Positions 10,430 through 18,729 of a DNA stretch of 64,000 bases are shown here, one piece after another. The stretch covers positions 96,001-160,000 of the forward strand of contig JBFWVL010000004.1 of assembly GCA_050246755.1 (NCBI GenBank), given 5' to 3'. Within the stretch, counting starts at the first letter, position 1; every line of letters starts with the position of its first letter. This DNA is from Bacteriovoracia bacterium (GTDB lineage: Bacteria; Bdellovibrionota; UBA1018; CAIPTA01). The position numbers and the translations under genes were made by a program. A model generated the notes under the pieces. It was given only the letters and a program-made list of their open reading frames with translations. It was not told the origin of the DNA and ran no database searches.

Positions 10430-13110
10430 GCGAGGAACGCCGGCCAAATCCTGAAGATCTTCTCTCCGCAGTAACGAAGCTGGAGAACAGCGGTAAGCGC
10501 GGCCGTCTTCGTTTATTTCTCGGCATGTGTCCGGGCGTTGGAAAAACCTACTCCATGCTCAAGGCGGCTCGTGAGCAAGTAAATCGGGGGGTGAGGGTGG
10601 CGGTAGGGGTAGTAGAAACTCACGGCCGCAGGGAAACAGAAGAGCTACTCACCGGGCTTCACGTTATCCCCCGCTTTGAAACCGAATATAAAGGCACCAA
10701 ACTCACCGAAATGAACCTCGACGCCATTTTACGCGATCGGCCTACCTTAGTTTTGGTAGACGAACTTGCGCACACGAATGCCCCCGGATCCCGCCATGCT
10801 AAACGCTACCAAGATGTGGAGGAGCTTCTTCTTAACGGCATTAATGTTTATTCCACCGTAAACATCCAACATATCGAAAGCCGCAACGATCAGGTGACGC
10901 AAATCACTACCGTGCAAGTAAGGGAGACGGTGCCTGATTCCTTCGTAGAAAAAGCAGATCAGATTGAGCTGGTGGATCTATCGCCCGAAGAACTTCTCAA
11001 GCGCCTGCGAGAGGGCAAAGTATATCTGGGAGATCGTGCCGACGCGGCCATTAAAAATTTTTTCAAAGAAGAACACCTCACCGCTCTCCGTGAATTAGCG
11101 CTTCGCTTTACTGCCGAAAAGGTAGACCAAGATCTTCACAGCCAAATGACGATCAAGGGCATTGAAGGGCCTTGGAACACGAACGAGCGGCTACTCGTGG
11201 CCGTAAGCCATAGCCCATACTCCGCTCGTTTGATTCGTGAAACCAGACGCAAAGCATATGGCCTTGAGGCTCCGTGGGTGGCGCTTTATGTAAATACCGG
11301 CACCGTTTTAAGGGAAGATGATCAAAAGATGCTGCAAGAAAACCTCGCGCTTGCCCGCAGCCTGGGTGCTGAGGTGGTTACGGTGGCCGGCACCGATATT
11401 GCGGCTTCGATTCATAGGATTTGCAGCGAAAAAAACGTGACTCAAATCATAATGGGCCGCCCGGATCGCAGATTTTTCCGCGATATCATTGCTCGCGGAA
11501 ACCTACTCGATCACCTGGTGCGCTCCACCAGCAAGATTGATATTCACGTGGTTCGCGCAGAGAGAAAGCCGCGCTATACCGGCTTTCATATCCATTGGCC
11601 GGCCTTTTATTCGCCTTGGACCTCCTACTACAATACTGCTTGGTTCCTCCTCGGCGTGTCTTTTTTCTGCTATGCCTTGCAGCCTATCGTGGGGTACCGC
11701 GCGCTCGGTTCTATTTTTTTGTTGGCCGTGCTCGTGGTGGCTTCAGTTGCTTCTCGCGGTCCCATCTTAGCCGCTTCGCTGGGTAGCGCTTTCATCTGGA
11801 ACTATTTTTTTATTCCGCCTCGCTTCACCTTTATTATTTCTTCTTACGAAGATTTCATGATGGTGTTTTCTTTTTTTGTGGTGGGAATTGTGGGTGGTTT
11901 ACTTACCTCCAGGATTCGCAAGCAAGAGATTGTGCTGCAAAATCGCGAGCAGAGAACGAGGATTCTCTATGAACTTACGCAAAACCTAGCGGAGGCAGAT
12001 GCTACGGAAGAGATCCAAGATGAGCTGGCCTTGGCCGTTGACCGTCAATTCGGCGGTGCATGCACGATTTTTTTCGCCGACATCCACGGAAAAATCGAAT
12101 GGGAAAAAGGATACGGCAAGAAGCTCACCGAGAACGATGTGGCAGTAGCCCAGTGGGCATTCGAGAACAATAAGCCCGCTGGATGGTCCACCTCCACGTT
12201 ATCCGGTTCGTCCATTCTCTGCCTACCGATGAGGGGGCGTAAGGGCGTGGTTGGGGTGCTGGCTTTTACTCCGATGAAGAGCAAGCGGGATTTTTCGCAA
12301 GAAAAAGAGGGGTTCTTAGATGCCGTTCTCACCCAAGCGGCCACGGCATTTGAGCGTTTTCGTTTCAGCGAAGCGGCGGAAAACGCGCGCGTTTATGAGG
12401 CCTCCGAAACTCTTCATCAAACCCTCCTGAATTCGGTTTCCCACGAGCTGCGCACTCCAATTACAGCGATCATTGGCTCGTCCACCGCCTTGCGCGATCC
12501 CTCCACCGCCAACAACGCAAATGTGCGTGAGGCGCTAACAAATGAGTTAGTACGATCGGCCCATCGTTTGGATCGGGTGGTCGAAAACCTATTGGACCTT
12601 TCGCGCCTCCAAAAAGGCAGCATGCAGCTTAAACAGGAATGGTTTGACCCTTCCGATCTAGTCATGGAAGCGAAGGAAAACTTAACGGAAGATTTAGGTG
12701 GCCGGCAGATAGTGGTTCAGCAAGACGACTCTTTGCTCATAGAAGGGGACTATCAGCTTTTGCTACATTGCCTAGTACAGCTCGTGATGAACGCCATCAA
12801 GTATTCCCCCGATGGAACCCGCATTGAAGTAGATCTCATTCGCGATAGTAGCCGAAATCGAATCCTAGTTCGGGACGAGGGGCGGGGCATTCCAGAGGGG
12901 ATGGAAAAGCAAATTTTTGAAAGATTCTTCCGCCTTCCCGGCACGCCGGCCGGTGGCCTAGGATTAGGGCTCACGATCGTAAAAAGCATCGTCGAGCTTC
13001 ACGGCGGCAGGGTTTCCGCACGCAATCGTTCCGATCGGCAAGGCGCTATTTTCGAAATCTCCCTGCCTTTAAGGCAGCCGCCCGCAGCTCTACGTGAGGC
13101 GATGGTATGA
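10426..13110 (+). CDS. kdpD: Sensor histidine kinase KdpD
   Basis: PGVGKTY, VDELAHTN, Usp domain, 4 TM helices, SHELRTP H-box, GLGLGL G-box. Confidence 0.97.
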   Translation: MSEERRPNPEDLLSAVTKLENSGKRGRLRLFLGMCPGVGKTYSMLKAAREQVNRGVRVAVGVVETHGRRETEELLTGLHVIPRFETEYKGTKLTEMNLDAILRDRPTLVLVDELAHTNAPGSRHAKRYQDVEELLLNGINVYSTVNIQHIESRNDQVTQITTVQVRETVPDSFVEKADQIELVDLSPEELLKRLREGKVYLGDRADAAIKNFFKEEHLTALRELALRFTAEKVDQDLHSQMTIKGIEGPWNTNERLLVAVSHSPYSARLIRETRRKAYGLEAPWVALYVNTGTVLREDDQKMLQENLALARSLGAEVVTVAGTDIAASIHRICSEKNVTQIIMGRPDRRFFRDIIARGNLLDHLVRSTSKIDIHVVRAERKPRYTGFHIHWPAFYSPWTSYYNTAWFLLGVSFFCYALQPIVGYRALGSIFLLAVLVVASVASRGPILAASLGSAFIWNYFFIPPRFTFIISSYEDFMMVFSFFVVGIVGGLLTSRIRKQEIVLQNREQRTRILYELTQNLAEADATEEIQDELALAVDRQFGGACTIFFADIHGKIEWEKGYGKKLTENDVAVAQWAFENNKPAGWSTSTLSGSSILCLPMRGRKGVVGVLAFTPMKSKRDFSQEKEGFLDAVLTQAATAFERFRFSEAAENARVYEASETLHQTLLNSVSHELRTPITAIIGSSTALRDPSTANNANVREALTNELVRSAHRLDRVVENLLDLSRLQKGSMQLKQEWFDPSDLVMEAKENLTEDLGGRQIVVQQDDSLLIEGDYQLLLHCLVQLVMNAIKYSPDGTRIEVDLIRDSSRNRILVRDEGRGIPEGMEKQIFERFFRLPGTPAGGLGLGLTIVKSIVELHGGRVSARNRSDRQGAIFEISLPLRQPPAALREAMV

Positions 13111-13799
13111 AGACCAAGACCAAAATCTTAGTTATAGATGATGAGATCTCTGTTTCTCGTTTCGTAAAGCACAGCCTTGAGGCGAACGAGTTCGCGGTGG
13201 TAGAAGCGAATAGCGGAGCATTGGGATTACAGAAGGCCATCGAGGATCGCCCAGATCTAATTGTTCTGGACTTCGGTTTGCCAGACATGACCGGGATGGA
13301 CGTGCTTAGGAAACTCCGTGAGTGGTCTAAGGTGCCGGTACTATTTCTAACCGTGAGGGATTCTGATTCCGACAAGGTGGCGGCGCTCGATGGTGGTGCG
13401 GACGACTACCTCACCAAACCGTTTAGCGTACCGGAACTCTTAGCCCGAATACGAGTTGCCCTTCGCCATGCGCTCCCGGCGGAAGAGTCTCCTATTTTTA
13501 GGTTGGGACCACTGGCAGTGGATCGCTCTGCTCACCTGGTAAAAATTGATGATGCCGAGGTCAAGCTGACGGCCACGGAATACGCGCTGCTGGGAGTGCT
13601 GGTGCAGCATGCGGGCAAAGTGGTTCCGCATCGGATCATCTTGCGTGAGGTTTGGGGCCCTAATTCGGTGGAGCACCATCACTACCTTCGCGTGTATTTT
13701 GGCCAGATCCGCAAAAAGTTTGAGGCGGCAAGAGAAGGTGCGGGCCATTTAATCGAGAATGAGTCTGGGATTGGCTATCGCCTGCGACTTCCTAGCTGA
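13107..13799 (+). CDS. kdpE: Response regulator KdpE
   Basis: Receiver domain plus winged helix (HYLRVY...GIGYRL); operon context. Confidence 0.96.
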   Translation: MKTKTKILVIDDEISVSRFVKHSLEANEFAVVEANSGALGLQKAIEDRPDLIVLDFGLPDMTGMDVLRKLREWSKVPVLFLTVRDSDSDKVAALDGGADDYLTKPFSVPELLARIRVALRHALPAEESPIFRLGPLAVDRSAHLVKIDDAEVKLTATEYALLGVLVQHAGKVVPHRIILREVWGPNSVEHHHYLRVYFGQIRKKFEAAREGAGHLIENESGIGYRLRLPS

Positions 13800-13816
13800 G
13801 CGAGTAGAGTCGAAAT

Positions 13817-13893
13817 TGGAGGTGACGGTCGGATTCGCACCGACGAATAACTGATTTGCAATCAGCTCCCTTAGGCTACTCGGGCACGTCACC
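13817..13893 (-). tRNA. tRNA-Cys (GCA)
   Basis: Minus strand GGTGACG TG CCC GAGTAGCCTAA GGG A GCTGA TTGCAAA TCAGT TATTC GTCGG TGCGAAT CCGAC CGTCACC T CCA: full cloverleaf, U73 discriminator, encoded CCA. Confidence 0.93.
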
Positions 13894-13911
13894 ATCTCGA
13901 AAACTGTAGGA

Positions 13912-13940
13912 AAATTACGCCAGTCGGGCGGGCAAGTCAA
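13912..13940 (-). promoter_or_regulatory. sigma70 promoter for tRNA-Cys
   Basis: TTGACT-N17-TAATTT on the minus strand. Confidence 0.7.
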
Positions 13941-14572
13941 ACGCCCCGTTTGTCGCCCCATACCACTTTGTGCAGCTGGAGCTGGTAACGCACTTTTAGG
14001 CCGTCCCGCAAAATACTTTCAGGCATCCAGGCCGGATTGCTCTGCGGCATCACGGGGGAAAAGAGCACGGTAAAACGGTTTTCCAGGTCGTGCTTTTTTA
14101 CGAAGTCCTTGGCGAAGAGATAGTCTTTCTCGTCGCAGATTACGAATTTCACTTCATCGGTTGGTTTAAGGGAAGCGAGATTCTTCTCTGATTTCGGGTT
14201 CGCCATCTTGGAGCCGGGAGTTTTAACGTCCATGATGATGCGCACGCCGGCGGGCACTTTGGAGAGGTCTTCCACACCATCGGTTTCGAGCATCACTTCA
14301 TAGCCTTCGTCGATAAGGCGCTGCAGTAGGGCGGGGGCTTCTTTTTGTTCCATGGGCTCGCCGCCAGTGAGCTCCACGAGTTTGCAGGGATAGGCTTTGA
14401 TGCGCTGAATTATTTCGTCGATCGAGACTTCTTGGCCTTCGTGATAGGCATACTGAGTATCGCAGTAGGTGCAACGGAGCTTGCAGCCGGTGAGGCGCAC
14501 GAAGATACAGGGCCGGCCGGCCTGGGTGCTTTCTCCCTGGATACTGAAGAAGATTTCGTTCAGCTTGAGCAT
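13937..14572 (-). CDS. queE: 7-carboxy-7-deazaguanine synthase (radical SAM)
   Basis: EIFFSIQGE, CKLRCTYCD, LTGGEP, QLQLHK motifs. Confidence 0.92.
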   Translation of the reverse strand: MLKLNEIFFSIQGESTQAGRPCIFVRLTGCKLRCTYCDTQYAYHEGQEVSIDEIIQRIKAYPCKLVELTGGEPMEQKEAPALLQRLIDEGYEVMLETDGVEDLSKVPAGVRIIMDVKTPGSKMANPKSEKNLASLKPTDEVKFVICDEKDYLFAKDFVKKHDLENRFTVLFSPVMPQSNPAWMPESILRDGLKVRYQLQLHKVVWGDKRGV

Positions 14573-14607
14573 GGGGGTGGGTATACCTGATTGGGCGTGC
14601 GAAATCC

Positions 14608-14636
14608 TTGACGAAATTGGCAGGAATCGTTAATTT
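14608..14636 (+). promoter_or_regulatory. sigma70 promoter for tRNA-Met
   Basis: TTGACG-N17-TAATTT. Confidence 0.7.
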
Positions 14637-14649
14637 CGCTGTTCCGTAC

Positions 14650-14726
14650 GGCTCGGTAGCTCAGATGGTTAGAGCGTGGCATTCATAACGCCAAGGTCGG
14701 CAGTTCGATCCTGCCTCGAGCCACCA
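14650..14726 (+). tRNA. tRNA with CAT anticodon, probably elongator tRNA-Met (Ile2 not excluded)
   Basis: GGCTCGGTAGCTCAGATGGTTAGAGCGTGGCATTCATAACGCCAAGGTCGGCAGTTCGATCCTGCCTCGAGCCACCA cloverleaf; paired G1-C72 argues against the initiator. Confidence 0.93.
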
Positions 14727-14891
14727 ATAAAATAACCCGCGCCTGCGGGTTTTTTTATTGGCGGGCGGGTAGCGGATGAGAAGCGACGAGCAGTTCGACA
14801 AATCGGTAGGAAAGCCGGTTTGGACCCGCAGGCGAGGGCGCGTAAGCGGCGAGGGCATGAGCCCGAGCTCAACCTGCCTCGAGCCACCAAT
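14710..14891 (+). repeat. 19-bp direct repeat of the tRNA 3' end flanking a 144-bp structured segment
   Basis: CCTGCCTCGAGCCACCAAT at 14710-14728 and 14873-14891. Confidence 0.9.
14724..14761 (+). terminator. Intrinsic terminator after tRNA-Met
   Basis: AACCCGC-GCCT-GCGGGTT followed by a T-run, extended by CCAATAAAA/TTTTATTGG pairing. Confidence 0.8.
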
Positions 14892-14916
14892 TTCAAAGCT
14901 TTTTTATAGCTCGATC

Positions 14917-15249
14917 CTATCCCGCGTACTTCCTCAGCAGCTGGGTATAGGATTCCTTGCTCTGTTTTCCCACTAGCTGATCCACCACTTTCCCGTCTTT
15001 AAATACCAGCACGGTAGGAATCCCGCGCACTCCGTATTGGGCCGGAGTGGCGGGGTTGGCGTCGATATCAAGCTTGGCCACTTTCACCTGGCCGGCGAAT
15101 TCGTCCGCGATCTCATCGATGATGGGCGCGAGGGCGCGGCAGGGGCCGCACCATTCGGCCCAGAGGTCCACGAGCACGGGCTTGGGGGAGCCGAGCACGC
15201 TGGACTTGAAGTCCTGGTCCGTCACCGTAAATACTTTTTGATTACTCAT
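14917..15249 (-). CDS. trxA: Thioredoxin
   Basis: WAEWCGPC active site, 110 aa. Confidence 0.96.
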   Translation of the reverse strand: MSNQKVFTVTDQDFKSSVLGSPKPVLVDLWAEWCGPCRALAPIIDEIADEFAGQVKVAKLDIDANPATPAQYGVRGIPTVLVFKDGKVVDQLVGKQSKESYTQLLRKYAG

Positions 15250-15259
15250 GGTTTTCTCC

Positions 15260-15520
15260 TTAATGCAGCAGGATCCCGCGTTTCGCGTATTTCTTCTCGA
15301 ACTCTTCCATGCGCGAGCTTTTCTTCTCTTTGGGCTTTGCGCCGGTAAAGGCGGGGTGCGAGTCGCTAGAGATCTCCACCTTCACGAGCGGGTAGGTTTT
15401 CCCGTCGGTCCAGCGGATTGTTTCTTTGGTGTCGATGGCGGAGTTGATCAGGAAACCCTTGCCGGTAACGATGTCCTGAAAGACCACGCTCTTGGATTCA
15501 GGATGAATATTCTTTTTCAT
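15260..15520 (-). CDS. rpmE2: 50S ribosomal protein L31 type B
   Basis: MKKNIHP, YPLVKVEISSDSHPAFTG; no zinc-binding Cys. Confidence 0.93.
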   Translation of the reverse strand: MKKNIHPESKSVVFQDIVTGKGFLINSAIDTKETIRWTDGKTYPLVKVEISSDSHPAFTGAKPKEKKSSRMEEFEKKYAKRGILLH

Positions 15521-15700
15521 GAGGTGCTCCTTTCGCGAGCCGTTTTTATTGTTAATAATATAGTAACAGTAAGGTCTTTGTCAAGGAGCTTGCGGTAAGG
15601 TGCTAATATTTAAGAGAAATATTAGATTTCTTTATTCGTGGTGGCATTGGGGTTGAAAATCCCACTTTGACTTCCCGCATCCCGCTCCCATCTTTGGTCC

Positions 15701-16411
15701 ATGGTTAGAGAAGTACTTTTAGAAACCGACGAGCACGAGCCCCGCATCATCCAGAAGGTCCGCGGGAATTGGCTGACGCGAAAGCCGAGGAAAAATTCTT
15801 TCTTCGTGGCGGCCCTTTCCACGATGCTGCTCGCGATCGGCGCCTTCTTTTTCTGGAGCGATTTTTTGCACGCCGGTTCCTGGATGACCGGGATTCGTGA
15901 AAATGTTTTTTCCTCCTATGAGTTCTGGCGCCCTTGGACGGCGCTGCTCGCGCATGGAGATTTGGGGCACTTGCTTTCCAATTCCGTTTTATTTTTCGCC
16001 TTTGCGTACTTGCTCTACGGGCATTTCGGCGCTTGGGCTTTTCCCGGGGCGGCGCTGTTCTTTGGCGGGATCACGAATCTGGTCGTACTGAGGGCGATGC
16101 CGCCTTCGGCGGAGCTGCTCGGGATTTCGGGCGTGGTGTACTGGATGGGCGGAGCTTGGCTCACGCTGTATTTTTACCTGGAGAATCGCGATAAGCTGGC
16201 GGTGAGGATGCTGAAGGCGATGGGGGTGGGGATCGTTCTGTTTATTCCCGAAACGATTCGCCCCAATGTGAGCTACTTCAGCCATTTCGTCGGCTTCGTG
16301 CTGGGGATTTTCTGGGCGGCGCTATACTACCGGCTGCATCGGAAACAGTTCCAACGCGCGGTGGTGGTGCAGACGATCATCGAGGAGCCGGTTCCCTTCG
16401 ACTACGAGTGA
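15701..16411 (+). CDS. Rhomboid intramembrane serine protease
   Basis: WR motif, HLLSN, GISG catalytic Ser, SHFVG catalytic His. Confidence 0.92.
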   Translation: MVREVLLETDEHEPRIIQKVRGNWLTRKPRKNSFFVAALSTMLLAIGAFFFWSDFLHAGSWMTGIRENVFSSYEFWRPWTALLAHGDLGHLLSNSVLFFAFAYLLYGHFGAWAFPGAALFFGGITNLVVLRAMPPSAELLGISGVVYWMGGAWLTLYFYLENRDKLAVRMLKAMGVGIVLFIPETIRPNVSYFSHFVGFVLGIFWAALYYRLHRKQFQRAVVVQTIIEEPVPFDYE

Positions 16412-17313
16412 GGGGTTTCTTTCGGTAATCCGAAGGTCAGTTTTTCTTTCTTGTCCGGAAATTTTGCGCTCGCGAAGAGCGCGTCCCAAAACGAAAAAAT
16501 AAATCCGAAATTTTTATTATGATGCGCAGGATCCTGACTATGGTGGATCTGGTGGGTGGCCGGGCTCACGAATACGCGATCGAGCACTCTGCCGTAACTC
16601 AGCCAGATATGAGAATGCTGCAAGTGGATGGTGGCGAGGTAGAAAGAAAGTAGGACCGTAAGGAAGAGCTGAAGCTTCTCGGGCTGTACGGGAAAGCTGA
16701 AGAAGTAGAGGATGGGAATTCCCACGAGGCTGCCCCCGATCGACATCGCCCAGCGAAAAAGAAAAATCATCACGGGATGAGAGCGATTTACGCTGAGTGG
16801 GGTGAGGAAGACGGATTCGTGGTGCACGCGATGGTAGCGCCAGAGAAAATCATTACGGTGCATCATGCGGTGGATCCAGAATTTGCCAAAATCGCCGGCA
16901 ATCACGAGAAGAAGAACGAATATATATTGCCACCAGATTCCGGTAAGGGCGATCTGGCCACGGTCGGGGCCGCGCCAGTTGAGGCTGGCGATCGTGCCGG
17001 GAATACCGCCGTGATGCCCGGCGCCGTTGCCGTAGGAATAAATGCTCACATAGGTGGTGAGCAAGAGCACCACGAAGGTGCCGAAGAAAACCCAGGCCGC
17101 ATCGCGGGCAAGTTCGGTCCAGAAGAGCTTCTGTGTGATCCAGTTTATGCTGGAGCGAAAAACGGCGGCGAAGGAGCCGTGTTCGCGGCGCAAAAGAAGG
17201 AAGGCGATGACCAACGCCGAAAGCAGCCAAATCAGTTCGAACTCCGCCGACTTCAGCATAATGGAAAAATAGCGCTGCCACGAAAGGGTGGAGAACTCGT
17301 GCATGAGACCCAT
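16402..17313 (-). CDS. Sterol desaturase / fatty acid hydroxylase family protein
   Basis: His boxes HRMMH, HRVHH, QHSH, HQIHH; NFG..FSFWD; start uncertain. Confidence 0.88.
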   Translation of the reverse strand: MGLMHEFSTLSWQRYFSIMLKSAEFELIWLLSALVIAFLLLRREHGSFAAVFRSSINWITQKLFWTELARDAAWVFFGTFVVLLLTTYVSIYSYGNGAGHHGGIPGTIASLNWRGPDRGQIALTGIWWQYIFVLLLVIAGDFGKFWIHRMMHRNDFLWRYHRVHHESVFLTPLSVNRSHPVMIFLFRWAMSIGGSLVGIPILYFFSFPVQPEKLQLFLTVLLSFYLATIHLQHSHIWLSYGRVLDRVFVSPATHQIHHSQDPAHHNKNFGFIFSFWDALFASAKFPDKKEKLTFGLPKETPHS

Positions 17314-17456
17314 TTTCCTAGTGAACCACGGATCAGGAGACCGGGAAAGAGGGGTTCTTGGTGGGGCGAGCTGACGCGCTCCGGCCACGGAAAAGCGCAG
17401 CGCTAACCCTGCGGGCTATGGTACGTTGTTCCCTGAACCAATTTCTTGGAGGCTTT

Positions 17457-17915
17457 ATGTTAACCGTCGGTCAAAAATTTCCTGATTTTCGTCTCGCCAA
17501 CCAGAACGGCAAAGAGCGTTCGCTAAAAGATTTTCACGGCAAGTGGCTGGTGCTGTACGTGTACCCCAAAGATGATACGCCCGGCTGCACGATTCAGGGA
17601 AAATCCTTCACTGAGCAAAAAGCTGCTTTCGAAAAATTGGGCGTGAACATCGTGGGCGTAAGCCAAGACGACGTGGCCTCCCATAAGAATTTTTGCGATA
17701 AATATTCTTTCACGATCGAGTTGCTGGCGGACCCTGGCTCGCAGCTGCTGAAATCCGCGCAGGTGGGTCAGAGCGAGTATAAAGGCACCATGTACTGGGA
17801 CCGCACGACCTTCGTGATCGACCCTCAAGGCACGCTTCGTAAAATCTACGAAAAAGTGAAGCCGGATGGCCATGAGCAAACTTTGCTCACCGACATCGCG
17901 GCAATGACGAAGTAG
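17457..17915 (+). CDS. bcp: Peroxiredoxin Q/Bcp
   Basis: YPKDDTPGCT motif; GGAGG RBS. Confidence 0.92.
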   Translation: MLTVGQKFPDFRLANQNGKERSLKDFHGKWLVLYVYPKDDTPGCTIQGKSFTEQKAAFEKLGVNIVGVSQDDVASHKNFCDKYSFTIELLADPGSQLLKSAQVGQSEYKGTMYWDRTTFVIDPQGTLRKIYEKVKPDGHEQTLLTDIAAMTK

Positions 17916-17924
17916 ATTTTCTTT

Positions 17925-17976
17925 AAACGCACAAAGCCCTTTGCTGGCTCTCACCGGCAAAGGGCTTTGTGCGTTT
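17925..17976. terminator. Long hairpin, likely a bidirectional terminator
   Basis: 20-bp perfect inverted repeat AAACGCACAAAGCCCTTTGC / GCAAAGGGCTTTGTGCGTTT between convergent genes. Confidence 0.8.
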
Positions 17977-17986
17977 GGGCGTTTAA

Positions 17987-18493
17987 TTAGCGGGTGCTAC
18001 TTCCGCCCGTGTCGAGGCCACTGGAATCCGAAGCACTGGAATTACCAGTGCCGGATCCGGGAGGGCTCATGCCGGGGTTATTGGCGCCGCTGGCATCGGC
18101 CCCGCTAGTGCCCGTGGTTCCATTAGCGTTTGAGCCTACGCCACTAGGCCGGGGGAAGGCGGGGTTCCGGTTCGTCATGCTAGAGGTACCCATATCGGTG
18201 GACTGGCTCGACGCTCCAGGATTTGGATTCGTGGTGGGCAGGTTCCGGCTCGTGCCGTTGCGATTCGTCCGCATGCGTTTGCGGTTGCCGAGGGTATCGC
18301 GCGTACGCACGCCGTTACGGTCCGTGGTCACGTTGGAATTCATGGGATTGGCGGTGGGGGCGCTGCGAATGGCGCCGGTAGTATCCGTCATCGTCGTGGG
18401 CAGCGGAGGATTAATGGTATTGTAGCCGTCCGCAGCGAAGGCCGGGGCGCTAAAGGCCAGGCAGAGGGCGGCGAAACTGGTGAAATTGGTCAT
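17987..18493 (-). CDS. Secreted low-complexity (T/N/S/G/P-rich) protein
   Basis: Signal peptide ending AFA, AGGAG RBS, upstream sigma54 box. Confidence 0.7.
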   Translation of the reverse strand: MTNFTSFAALCLAFSAPAFAADGYNTINPPLPTTMTDTTGAIRSAPTANPMNSNVTTDRNGVRTRDTLGNRKRMRTNRNGTSRNLPTTNPNPGASSQSTDMGTSSMTNRNPAFPRPSGVGSNANGTTGTSGADASGANNPGMSPPGSGTGNSSASDSSGLDTGGSSTR

Positions 18494-18549
18494 GGTAGCT
18501 CCTTTTTACGTTCTAATGTTGGACATCTCTCGGTGTCGCTCCCTTAAAG

Positions 18550-18565
18550 AGCAAGGTCGGTGCCA
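18550..18565 (-). promoter_or_regulatory. sigma54 promoter
   Basis: TGGCACCGACCTTGCT matches the consensus TGGCAC-N5-TTGC. Confidence 0.8.
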
Positions 18566-18729
18566 AATTTCCCGAGGCGGAAAATGCGCCCAAGCAGCAA
18601 TTGCCGCGCAGGTAAACCTGACATTCTTTCCACCGCGACTGTAAGGTGCGGAAGAAGCGAACAATTTGCTTCTCACCATTGCGCTCTACGCCGGACCTGA
18701 CTACGATTTTCGTAGGGGGCATGGAGAGG

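Noticed and set aside
13937-14572. queE as part of a 7-deazaguanine DNA-modification (dpd) system
   Set aside because: No dpdA/tgt-like, queC or queD neighbours; it looks like housekeeping queuosine synthesis.
14661-14976. Short ORFs across tRNA-Met
   Set aside because: They overlap the tRNA and its flanking element.
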